This document shows positions 11,600 to 24,099 of a stretch of 64,000 nt of DNA, piece after piece. The position numbers and the translations under genes are program-made. Under the pieces are notes generated by a model, which made no database searches, was not told the origin of the DNA, and saw only the letters and a list, made by a program, of their open reading frames with translations. Within the stretch, counting starts at the first letter, position 1. Every line of letters begins with the position of its first letter. This stretch comes from Raillietiella orientalis (lineage: Eukaryota). Location of the stretch: assembly GCA_036172245.1 (NCBI GenBank), contig JAYWIR010000017.1, forward strand, positions 868,001 to 932,000, in the 5' to 3' direction.

Positions 11600-13560
11600 G
11601 AGTTGGTTCTCCATCGGTTTTCCACTGTGGCGGACGGCAAACTTTCAGGAGAAGCAGCAGTGGATACTGTGCAACTCAGAAACCACAGCTCACAGAGAAA
11701 GGAAGCTGTGAACACAAAGGCACGAATAACGGAAACGATTTCCCCAGGGAAATGTCCTTGAAAGACATTAAAAGGGTCATCTGAGAACGGTGATGCAAGA
11801 CTAGATCGGATGGAATGGATCCACACATTTTCCATTCCTTTTCGTGGCGCTGGAGGTACTTCAGCAGATAAACAGCAGTTGCAATAAGCACTGTAGGAGC
11901 TGCCCTCCCCAACATCCAGAACCTTTGGCCTCGCTAACAGATTGACGGCATCCGTGCTGGCCGATGAGGCCTCCAGGATGGAGATGCTGCGGCAGCGGTC
12001 TGATTCTTGTATTCCCCGATGAAGAGCTCGTGAAATAGCTCGTAAATTGCCTGGACCACCCACCCTTTCCTCTCGGACACTCTGATGCACTGTAAGTCCT
12101 TTTCCTGCAGGTGTCTTATTGCGCGCTGGGAATCTGTGCACGTTTCGGCGAAAATTTCCAACTGCGCATCTCGAGGAATGACATCGGAAGCAGTACCTCG
12201 GGGATGTGGGTGACTAAACAACCCTTACTGCACGTGTAGTGAGTGTCCACGGAGGCTACGTATACAAACTACACATTCTGAGACGTGTGAAGAGCGATGT
12301 GTGTAGAATGCACAGGCGCGTAGAAGCGATGCTCAGCCCGTGAGCGTAGTTTCCGCGTTCAGTTAAAAGACGCACTCTTGTTCGGTTGTACTGAAGATCT
12401 CCGAACAGCTGGGGACCACAATGAAAGCTTTGGCACTCCCTGCTCTCTTGTGATATCGGCATCTCTCCGCAGCCCCTGCCGCTAGTTTAGCAGCACGACC
12501 AATTTTGTGAGCCGTTGATGATCTCAGTTCATCGTTGATGCCAATTCGAAGGGAGAGAAGTCCGAGGGGTAGCCATGTGGAGTCTACGGTCAGACTGCAT
12601 CATCATCCGGCCTGTTCTGAAAAAACTACTCTGTAACTTGCTGCCGGATTTCCAGAGGAGAGTGCATCCTACTAGAAAAGAAAATAATTGATTCTTGCAG
12701 GGATCATTGTTCAAAGCTTCCTACCAGGTTCTTCGATCTCTCTAATGTCGGATTTGTCTTCGAAACGAAGCAGTCTGACAGACTTCGGAATTTTCGCTCG
12801 TATCGTTTCCTACTATTCCTTGTCGATTAATTAGAGGAGGACCAAGTTAATCCAGATAAGAGTAGATCTTCCTCCGAAATGGAGATATTTGCTGCGACCG
12901 GAGTGTTCATCCCTGCCGTGCGAGCTGCACGAGATGTCCCACCGAAGCGAATAGGGCACAGAATGACTTCCTCGTTTCCAGAGAATGAATCCTTCTTTCT
13001 CACTCTTACCTTATTGTCTACCTTTTCTGAAACCATATTCAACATTGTCCTTGAGCGAGCTCAGGTAGTCAGTAATAGCGCTAATTCTGTAAAAGATCGG
13101 GAATCTGGCACTGGGGGAATCGAGTCTCTCTGTTCCCTTGCGGGAGAGTTTGTACGCCTTCTTGCGGTTGTGACATGATGTTTCTTTCTCTTGTTCTAGA
13201 GAGCACTCTTCCCAAAAAAAAGAAAAAAAAAAAGGACTTGAGGACGGCGCAATGTTGCAGACCACATCTTTATTCAAACAAACCACACTTGAACCCCGCC
13301 CATTGATCCATTGTGGACCAATGTCGGGATTTCTGTTGGAGAAGAGTACCTGTTTTTTAGGCTGAAAAAATGAAAAATGCTGTGTTCTTGATCCGGTACT
13401 GCTCTTACGTCATTGTTTTTCTACAGTAATCGATATGTTGGAACTTTCCTGGATAATGCATTTGCCATCATCACCATCTTCAGATTTCAACTTCATATGT
13501 ACGCATGTGGAATTCCAAGCAGTGAATAAATTAGTGCCTTTCGTCAGCAGCGAGAGAAAG
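11600..13560 (-). pseudogene. Possible NACHT/NLR-like remnant
   Basis: In order: SLLGIPHAYI (death-fold-like), VILCPIRF, and YELFHELFIGEY (cf. winged-helix YxFxHxsfqEY); heavily frameshifted. Confidence 0.22.
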
Positions 13561-15232
13561 CAAATGCACCTGGTAACGTACAATTTCCATGCTTCGGAAA
13601 TCATTAGGACTTAATTAACTGGTAAGCACAAATTCATAAAAAGTTTTAATGGGCAAACTTTGCAGTGTCGATCGTCTGCTCATTCACAAATTAAGAAGGC
13701 TGACGCTAGGGCTAGCCTACTGTTTCATTGGTATTTCCCATCAGCGAACGCTATGACAGCAAAGGATTCTTCGGTTCTCAGAAACGCCAGTTCGTCTATC
13801 AGGATCCTTCGTCCACTGTTTCATTTCAGCTGCCTCCCACTCTTGTCTATTCCTTTGGGTTCTCTTCGGTGTTGGCCGGCTCTTTAGCAGAGACACTCTT
13901 AAGACATGCATCGAGTGGATTCATCACGCAAGTGGAGCTGACGCGAAAAACTTGAAGTTGATGGAAGGAAAAAAAAATAAAAAACAAAAACAAAATTATA
14001 TTGGCGTCTTTCTGTCCTTGCAGAAACACCACACTGTGGAACACGTGGGATTGATATTTCTTCCCTTTCACGAATGTCAGACACGAGATCGCAATTCAAA
14101 CTCACGCAGCTCCTTGATGGCCTCTTGCTTTTTTTTACATCCCTCTTTCCTCCAGAGTTGCCTCGTTTTTCAATCCAGAATGCTACGGGAATCATCATCA
14201 TCGACAATCAATTGTATACGAATTATCTGGTGCAAAAGCATTCTCAGAGAACCTCCCATGTATTTATCTTGGAAATGAAGATCGAATGAGTTTTCATCGT
14301 TCAAACATCCGATTATACTGTTTCAGCCCAATCAACTCAGTTAATTTATTTTCTGTACTTCTTACATCCAGCCTCTCCATTTCTGACAAAATTATTTTTC
14401 CAGGAGGGAAAGACACATTGCGAACGATTTCGAATCTTTAGCGACAGAAGACAATGCGATATATTTGATGATTCTGTGGACCCGTCCACTGTCCATCCTC
14501 AGAGCTAATGACGTTCCTAATTTTTGTTCTCAGAAAAACGTGTGCTGTGCATGCTCAAGACTCTCTGGAGATTCGGAAGAAATGAGGGGAGAAAAGAAAA
14601 AAAGAAAACGCTTCTTGAGGCATAGGTAAGAGTGGAAACCCTTGCTGAGGAACGCCGACGATGTAGGAAACAAACCAGAAACTTCCTAGGGAGTGGAGGG
14701 CTGGAGGAAGCTTGAAAGCTAATCATGGCGATCATTACTTCTGACACGAATCTGACTCGAGAAATGCAGAATTGGTGAGGAAGCACTGCTACCAATCCCT
14801 GACGTGTGTCATCGCTCACAGCTCCAGGAACAAAAACACAGCTCCTCTGAGCAGGACAATGGTGCCTTTTCGAGATATGAGGTGTCCACAAGTTCGTTTT
14901 CCACGAACAGGATTACTGTTTCATCTGTCAGCTGCTCCGAGCAGTGCGAGTCATGCATTAGTTTTAAGTACACTCAACCCGTGCCATTTCACAACCCTGA
15001 AAAGGTCTTGGGAGCATGTGGTAAACCAGAAAGACGCATGCAATGTTTTCTCTTTGTATGCAGATACCACTTTCAGCAGTTTGGAGCCTCCTATTCCGCG
15101 TGCTTTCTGAACGCGCTCCTTTCTCCATTCGAGGTGCCAACGAGTACACTGTTCACCATTCGGCTTGCCATTTTTAAAGTTTGGACCTTCTGGCTCTTTG
15201 AGCGACTTCCGTATGCTTGTGACTGTTATTCG

Positions 15233-15850
15233 GCCCGCGTTGGCGAGGAATGAGTGCTTCGTGGGTTTCTAATCTCCCCTGCAGGATGACGCTGGTTGGT
15301 CTATGGGCTTCAGATGTGGCACTGGTGGAAACTGGATACCCCTGTTGAGTGGCCGGTATTGGAGGTCCGGAGTCCTTCCGAGAACCGGTTCCATTCGGAG
15401 TCACCTTCGGCTTGTGAAAAGGGAGCCATCTCCCCTTCGGTGGCGACCCTCCACCTCATACCATGGAGTGGGTTGGTTAATGCTTCTCCAGGGTGTGAAG
15501 CGCCCTGCTCCCTTCGGGGAGGCGCCCTTCAGAGAAATTGGGAAGCGTTCTTTCGGGACTGTCTTCAGAGAAAGAAAAAGTGAGCGGTTCCTTCGCAGGC
15601 TCCCTCTAGAGAAGAAAATTCCAAAAGCAGATCCTTTCCGGGTTTCTCCGGAGAGAACATGGAAGAGGTTCCCTTGAGGACTCTCTCCCAAGCGTGAGAG
15701 GATCGAACTCCTTACTCCGAAGCCCTTCCTGGATTCATTGGTGGTCCCCTCCTGGAGTATTCACTAGCTTGAAAAGTTAGCATGTACCCTGGAGTAGCGC
15801 GAAACTGTGTCAAAGAGCTTGATGATCCCCGGGAGAAAGGTTCTTCAGTA
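15233..15850 (+). mobile_element. SINE-like repeat, copy 1 (head partly deleted, A-rich tail to ~15900)
   Basis: Starts gcccgcgttggcg like copy 3. Shares blocks such as gcgcccttcagagaaattgggaagcgt, tggattcat and gtgtcaaagagc with 30882-31678 and 37263-37994. Confidence 0.75.
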
Positions 15851-17689
15851 CTTAGCAAAAAGAAAACCCGAAAAAAATAAGAAAGCTCGAAGGAAAACAA
15901 CGAGAAGAACTCAAAAGGACTCCCACCATCAAGGTTGATTCCTTGATTTTTCTTGCGGAATTGTTATGATTAGCATCAGTGAAACTTGCAACGAAAGCAG
16001 GGGGATGCTAGGATGGAGTTGGAAGTAAATGCGTCTCATTTAAATTTCTCGCCAGCAAGAGTCTCATACCCAGAAATTCACAGAATCTCGAAACCAACCA
16101 CCTCATAGAACGGGTATCACAACTCGAGATGTCATTTAAAATAAAGGAAGGAAGATGGCAAGTGATTTTATGACTCACGAGAAGTCACCGCACCATCGAC
16201 GTCCACTCGGAGCATGGTTTGCTGACGATTCCGAAAAAGAAGACTGGATATATCGAATGGACGCAACCAGGTGGACGGGATAGTCATATATTTAAAAAAA
16301 ATACACACTCACACACACATCCATCGATTTCAATTTGTGCTAAGCGTCCTGTAGAAGTCTCTGTGGACTGAAAGAATCGCTCGCAGCTGGAACGAGTGAG
16401 ACTGAAGAACGTTCCGAGCTCGCAAAGAGGGAAAAATCTGAAAGTCTTGAAAATAAAAAAATGAAAACCCTCCAGAAATGTCGAGTGACTTTTCAAATCT
16501 TCCAAATCATGAAACAAAGTTGGTTATCTGAGTGCGCATGTTTGATGGAAAAAGACCCGTAGATACGCAGTTACATGGACGGAAAAGGAATGCACCAATC
16601 GCTTGCAAGCATCTCCGAATCCTGCTATCTTGAACTTTGCGGAAATAACTGTATATAGATGAACGCCGGATGAGAAAGAAAAAATGAAAATAAGAAGAAT
16701 CATCAGAAACCCGAAAGATAGAAACACACATTTGTTTCAGTAGAGAAGGTGGCGGTAGTCACCAGCAACGATTGTTCTTAATACACAGTTGAGCAATGAG
16801 AAGGAACAAGATGAAGCCTGCAAACTTTCCTGCGTCCATTATCCTAGGCAATATCAGCTAATGTTTCATTTTTCCTGGAGAACGAACTGTCCCCAAACCT
16901 ATGCTACTGGTGACTTAGCTGCACTTCCCAAAGCACCACGACCAGCTTCAGAAAACAGATTCATTGTTTTCTTAGTAGGTCTACATCAGGTTCGAGAGAG
17001 AAGGAAAAGTCGTTTTGACGACTGCCTTGTCCACAATAATTGCACTCATTAAACTTCCAAAATCGTTTACTGTTCCTTAAAAAGCACTTCGGGACCTGCT
17101 GGCTACAGAGGAGCAAGGTGCCTACCCAAGGTATATGACCAGTGCATCTTCGAACCATCACAAGCGGAATGGGCTAAGTCATTATGACGAGGGAGTTCCA
17201 CATATCCATAGGCACTTCCAGTTGGCATATTAGCAACACGCTGCCAGGAATGATTTGAGTTTGGGATTCTCTGAAGCTCGAAAGAACGGTAAGCAGGTTT
17301 CTGGAGCGAGATGCCCCCCTTGGGATGGATTGCCTTGGGAGTAATGGCTAGTCCTGATTCTCATCTGTGAGAAAAATGCAGCGAAATCACAGTTTCGGAA
17401 AGAAGAGAGCAATGAAATTGGTTTATCGGTAGGGCCCAGCTACTCTGCTCCCTCTACCAGTCTCTCTTGGTTTTTATTTTGCTTCTTTCCCGACAAATCT
17501 CTCATTCGAATTTCCCAAGGAAACCTGCAACTGATGAAAATCCTTACGGAATTCCAATACAACCACTGATGCTTAGATAATCAAAAGCAAAAGAATACAT
17601 TGTTCCTTGATATCGCAAGACACTAGCAGGGAGAAGGTTCACTCCCAGCTGAGGAACCAGCTCAGGACTTGCATAGATGAGTGTTTCGG

Positions 17690-19700
17690 CAACTAGCCTT
17701 CTAGGAGCCACGCTTCAGACTGGCGGTAGGGTCAACAGCCAATGGTTGAAAACTTCCCCAGATATTTCATTTGCATTTGTCGAGGAATCCCATTACAATC
17801 TCCATGCGTTGGATTCTCCGGTAAATCTCTCTAACCTTCACTGGAAAGCAGCTTTAAGAAGAATTCGAGAATCCCTGATAATTTTGGTGTGAACCAGAAT
17901 GAGAGGGGCATCATAAAACCATACACAGACAGTTAGCAAAAGTGGATTACTAAGACGAAACAAAATGATAGCGTCATTGGATGTTAAGGTTAATAGTATT
18001 TTTAATGTTGATAATGATGGTTGTAGGAATGGGGTGAGCAGTGGTGTGCTGGGGTGTGGTATTTTCGTGAATGGTGAAATGGTCAAGAAGAGAGCAGTAT
18101 TAGGTAAGAAATGATGAGATAAGATGTTTGTTATTAATAGCTGCGATGTTCTTTTTTTGTAATATTTCTTGATTTAGCGGCGTAGACTGGTACTTTCATT
18201 TGGCTGTGTCCTTTTTTGAAATGGATCTTCAGTTCTCGTCCCACGTTTCAATCTCCTCAGCATTCATGGAATACAGAAAGCACATCAGCATCTAATTCAT
18301 TGTTGCTTTTTGGTGTTCTTTCGTTCAGTCTGAGACCATGTGTCATGCGAGTCCAAGAGTAAGTTTAGTTTCAAGATACTCCAAAGCAATAGCCAGACTC
18401 TAAACTCCAAGTGGTTGAAGAATTTCCAGCTCATCTTTCTCCTAGTCCTTTATTATGCAAAGGTCAGTATAGATCTCTTGTTCCACGGAGGGATCCTTCA
18501 CTTTAGACATCTGGGTCGTCTAATGCTCTGTTCAGAAGTTCAGAGTATATGCTTGTTTCTAGAACACTCCCACCATCTCTTGGAGATATGGCAAGCTCCT
18601 CAAGAAATCAGCTCCTATCCAAGAATCAAAAGGCTTCTCTGAAAGTCTGTTCTCTCCAGAGTGTTCATTGCTCTCTGCGTCCTTTCAGCATTATTCTTTT
18701 CCGAGAAGAAGGAGTCTTTCTTTGAATCTTCTCCTTCTCGACTTGCATCACTGCCATCAAGAGCCTCATTCTCAACCAGTCAGCTGAAGAACTCAATGTT
18801 TCGGCTGTCATCAGATATTCTTGACCAATTGGTGTCCGAATTCAGAGAACACCCGAATTTTCACGTCTGGAAACGGTTCCAGCCTCGGAGAGACTTTTGT
18901 ATCAGTGCTTTTCAACAGACCGCTAGCCTCCTGCAAACGCGTGTCTTTCTTTGCTGCTTCTGTCAGAGCAAACTGGCATTGATTGAGGGGAATATTCCGA
19001 GGTACACCCTCCGGAATCAGGTGCATATGGTGGATTCCTGGTGCGATTCCAGCCATTCTTTCTGATAGAATTGGCTAGAGACGGATTTTTTCCTCTGAAG
19101 GTTCCCACTTACGGAGAGACACTTGACACAAGTCCAGCAGCACACTCGGAACACGAATATCCTCCTAGGCTTGCCGCTCTCCTACGAAAAGTGGATTGCT
19201 TTTTTGGTGCTCCCGGTGGAGGAAAATCTTCTCTTCCCTTCTCTGAAGGTGATTTGTGCAGGGAATATCTCAAATCCTGCATCTTATGAGATGGGCAGCA
19301 CGGAAACTCGATAAGCAGTGCCTGTGGGATACGAAGCAGCTTCCTGGTCGATTGATGGATTCCACCAATTAGAGAAGTGAAAGAAATGATCACTTTGGAA
19401 AACTCATACATTTCCTTGTTACTCTTTTGAATACTGGGAGAAAGACGTAGGTCTGTCGTAAGGATGTTATCGGATGAATCCCTGAAAAGTACATCCCTGT
19501 GTCTGCTTTTCACTTCCCTGTCCACATGAAGAGATTTTCAGCACTTCATATCAAGGATGGTGTTATGAGAGTTCGAGTACCCTCGGAAGAAGTGATGTCG
19601 CTTCGTTTCCTTCATTGCCTGCTCATTGAAAACAGCAGCGGAGAAGAAGTTATGTGAATTTTCTGAACGGAGAGTTTCAGGTCGCATCTGAAGACCTCTT
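17690..19700 (-). pseudogene. Possible NERD-like nuclease + SF1-helicase remnant
   Basis: FFRGY..ILDMKC*KSLHVDREVKS (~19505-19590; PD-(D/E)xK-like 'EVKS'), a degenerate P-loop-like stretch near 18920, and RRIQRMEIVM (~17791-17820; cf. SF1 C-terminal 'RRFxGxE'). Confidence 0.28.
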
Positions 19701-22608
19701 GTAAATCAGGCAGTTTACAAGGCAGTTTGCCTTTCCGTGTATTCGAAAAATATTCATGTAAGGATTCACTACTGGCTCAAAGGAGTAGCGAGTATGTCAG
19801 GAGTTTCGAAGTGAAGACTAAGAAGGTATCGACTGTTTCGGTTTGCTCTGCAAAAGCCTTTTTCTCTTTACAGTTCTGTAAGAACAGTCCGTTTTTGATC
19901 TTCCTTTTCCGGAAGCATTTTCTACTCTGGTCGACTTGATCAGGGGAAACCTTCATTTGCTTCCTGTATGGAACCTTAAGATCCAGATTCCTTACCTGTT
20001 GACCACGTCCATCTTCTTTGGATTGTTTGATCTTGATGCTTCCAGTATCCAGATAAAATGCCTTGCTATTTGCAACAGATTATTTTCGATTTCAGTATGA
20101 GCTACATGGTCTTTAGCATACGAAGCAACTGCAGAGTTGATCGCACCGATCAACTTCGAAGAACAATCTGGAGTTCATCAGTCACTTGTCACCGTATGAA
20201 CAGATAAAGCCCACTTTCCCTATTTCCACCAAAGTAAACATGCCCAAGCAAAACACTGAGCAACAACAACTCCCACTATTCCTGTATGCAATATAATCTC
20301 TCCTGCTAGAGACTGGGACCTCAGTGGACATGGTATATTGAGCAAACACAAAACCATAACCAACTTCCCAAATCTACCAAACCCCATTCTTGTACCACCT
20401 TTCAAATTAACTGATTCTTATTCATTCGTATATTAACCCCCTGAAGACAAAAACAAACCAGACAATAAATAACCATGAGCCACCATTAGAAGTACAAACT
20501 GTATCATCCTCGCTTCTCCTCCTGCCATTCTTTCATGGAATTCCAAAAACAACAAGCAATTACGAGACTCTAATGCATCTGCTTTTCACCAGTGCATTTT
20601 TTGACAATGTCCGCTTATCTGCTGGCAGTTGGATGACTACTCCTTTGACGTGTATTCTCTGGTCAGCGAAGCCATACTGACACAGATAAGTACAGACTTT
20701 CAGGGTCACATTAATAGAAACACTTAGTTCTGCGTTTTTCCGGGGACGAAACATCCCATGTACCGTCTATGTACCTTCATGACATGTGAGCCTTTTCAGC
20801 AATCCCATGGAGTTTTATCGGCGTAGTAAATTTGTCGTCCAGAAACTGATTTTCGCGTCAAAGGAAAGTTTGGATGCTTGGAAGCGGATCCATTTGATTG
20901 CACTAGTTGGCCCGTCCGATGCTTCTACTCGCGCGTTTGTGGAGAAATTTTTGATTGGCTTCCAAGAAATCTTTGTGTTCTCATGCAGGGGAGCAGCCGA
21001 CATTCGCTCTTCCAAGAAAGCGCAAAGAGTACTCCGTAATGTCGCTCGTATCGCGGAAGTATGAGAGGGGAAAAGTGCTTGAAAACTCCACAGACTGGTT
21101 TCTCATTCGTTGATGCGCTGAAAGGGTGCTGCAGCATTAGAAAGAAACTTCCCTCCTTCACAGAACAACAGAGAGCTCTTGGGGTTTTCCTTATGCTGTG
21201 ATGGCTCCGGAGAACATTGCTGGAAGACAGGTTCATTTCCATTTGCAGACTCACGGACGCTGATAATTGCATATGAGTTCACAGAATTTGTATCGGCTCG
21301 ATGGGTCCTTGAATACATTGCCTATGAAGGCTATTAGCTTCTCAGGGAATCTTCTTGTATCCTCAGTGAGTTTGAATAGTGAGTGAGTGTTCAATAAGCC
21401 AAGTAGGGCTGCTCACAGAAATGGTCACTGGAACAATAGAGAACCAAGAAGATAATAAGAACTCCTCGAATAATGTCACGAATCCAGTGTATCGTGAAGA
21501 TACTCAGATGGTTTCTACTCAGCTACGCATTAGAGGCAACTCTACTCAAACCCAAATAGAAAGACAAAGTAATGAAGACAGCGGATCATGAAAAGGTGAC
21601 ATCTGAAGAAATCCCGATGATGAACCACGATTGGAAGAATTCTTAGTGAAGGTCATCCATCCGAACAGGTATCGCGTGCTCTGAACTGAAAGACCGATTC
21701 TTTCGAGTCAAAAATCGAGACTTCATTGGAATTAGTGGAGGAGGTGGACCAGTGCGTATCAGTAATGGCTTCTCAGACCATCTCAGGGCTTCTCGTTCAC
21801 AAATGTGGGTCATTCCCTCCGTGGGCGCCATTTTCATGACTAGAAACGAGGACATGCAGTGCTCCTATCTGAAACGGCCTGCGCTCTTGGCCCTCTGGTC
21901 AAGAATCTCCAATCCAGTGTGGCTCTCCGAATAGCTGGCTGCATCTGGGAAAGCTCTCTCCACTGGAACAAATGGGATCGCGTTGCTGCCTTCACCTAGT
22001 GGTTTTCACACTCGAATACCATGCGCGACTATCCACCAAATGATCCCATTGATTGTATTCTTTGACCTCCTTCGACTAAACGAACTGGCCTTGTTCGATT
22101 TAGTCATGCATGCACATCGCAGCTGTTTGCCCCACAGTCTTCAGCCGTGGAACATCGTGACTGTTGAATGCTCTGAACTGGTCCTGTTGACGCGCATGAT
22201 GTGCGACGCTCCGTCCCATTGACATCTAGCTGTCCTTTAGTCGTTCCCTTTCTCTTTAATCCTCTTTAGCACATCTGGGTGCACAGTAGTCATTTAATTC
22301 GATCTGGAAGTCACTCATGAGTGTCGTACAGCGATTCGAAAGGAGGAGAGGCACATCACACTATGAGCCTTATCGTGTCGTGGACGTTCGTGGACTCGAG
22401 TCAACTGCTCTTCCCCTGCATCGAATGATTTAGAGCTCGGGTTAAAATGCAATAAGAGGTCGAACACGTGCCGTCCCGAGACGAAAGGATCCGAATTTCG
22501 CTGGAACGTAAGATGACCATGGAGGAAAGGTTGACAAATAAACAAATAAATAGGAGTGAGATCATGGGCCAGATCGTGATTCCGAAGGATTTGCTTCAGG
22601 AGGAGATG

Positions 22609-22745
22609 GAAGGGGAAGAAATAAATTTCCAGAAGCGGCTAGCGATCTACTTTCCCGCAAATGATCTGAGAATGTCCTTGTACTGCTTTCCAGCTTGGCC
22701 CATTCACGCGGCAGCTTGCACAGAAGCGATGGAGATGTCAAATGA
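22609..22745 (+). repeat. Left arm of 137-bp inverted duplication
   Basis: Reverse complement of 24249-24385 with 4 mismatches by my count. Confidence 0.95.
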
Positions 22746-24099
22746 CTCCCTTGGATGGACTCGCACTTTCCCGCAGGCGACCAGAAGATTGCAAGCGAGG
22801 AAGCAACTGATAAGCTCGAAGAGACGAATGCTTTTCTGAGCAGACTGTAGAGCTGCCGTAGAGCGTCCCTGAGATTCTCTTTCAGCTCTGATGCATCCCA
22901 GAAGTACGTGCGCAGCGATTCCACAGAACGCACATTCCTTGGAGATCCTCCCTAAGGATGAATGATGGAGTTCTCTGTTTCGGCAAAGGCCTTGGTGCAT
23001 CAACAAGATGCACAAGATGGCGTTTTCTGGGTAGTACAGAGGAGAAGTGAGAACGCCGGTCAAGCAACCTGGAATCCCGAACTGCTCTTCGGAGATTCCA
23101 AGAATAAATTTCCAGGTTTGCGGGACCTGAACAGAACCCCTGAGCTTGTCATGTTCCTCATCGGGAGACACTAGAAGACTCCTCCATTGTGTGCTTCGCA
23201 ATCTCTCCATGAGGGATGCTCTCACTAGCATCCCTCCGAAGGAGAAATTCAGGCCAGAATCTTCGAGAGGAAACGAGATCTTTCAGCCGTGATCTGGGTC
23301 TCGTGGGGCCCCACAGGGCTTTCTACATTCAAACCGGAGACTTGCCGACACACCCAGGTTTTAGGAGGGGAAGCGAAAAAGCGGGAATAAAATCGAGGGA
23401 CGGTGGGGACGTTCCAAACTGTTGCTCTTCCGGCAACAAGAATTCTCCATCTCCGGAAGGAAGAACGCGCACGTTGCGCCTTCTGACGAGACGGAACCGC
23501 AGTTGTACTTTGCTCGGCTGCGGTTGCGTCAAAGGTGTAGGTTCAACATTGCGATGGATGTTCGATGGAAGAGTCACCCTTGGAGATTCGGGACGTAGCT
23601 TATCTGGAAGCTTCGTCTCATAGTGCTGTTCGGGATTGGAAGTTTTCCAGCTTTCCTATAGGCTCCATGTAGGGGGGGTCATCAATTGGATTTTATTGAA
23701 TTTTCACCCTCCGTCAGGGGTGAGAATCCAACTGGAAGCGAAGCTGTTGTAGGCGTTCCTTTCGGCGGCCTCCTTTGCCGTCCTGGTGAAATTCCAGGAC
23801 TTGATTATCGTTGGGAGGTCTGTTCATCCGGATTCGCCCGCTTCGCCTAGGGGCTTTCACCTTTCCTCTCTATCTGCGCGTAGCACTGAATCTGCTGACT
23901 TTCCCGGACTAGGTTGTTTGGGGATAGATATTGTTGCTCCATGCTGGATCTCTTGTGTTCCCATTGCAAACGTTTCTGCTTCCAGTCTCCCTATGTCTTC
24001 TTCTGCAGCATATTCCGCAGGAAGATCGGAATCGAATTCGGGCATGAGGTCCAAGGGACCACTTGACACGTGGCCTGTTTGGTTATGGTGCCGCAGTTC

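Noticed and set aside
17690..19500. Possible RNA-virus polymerase EVE
   Set aside because: No RdRp motifs (SDD/GDD/GDN in context) recognisable.
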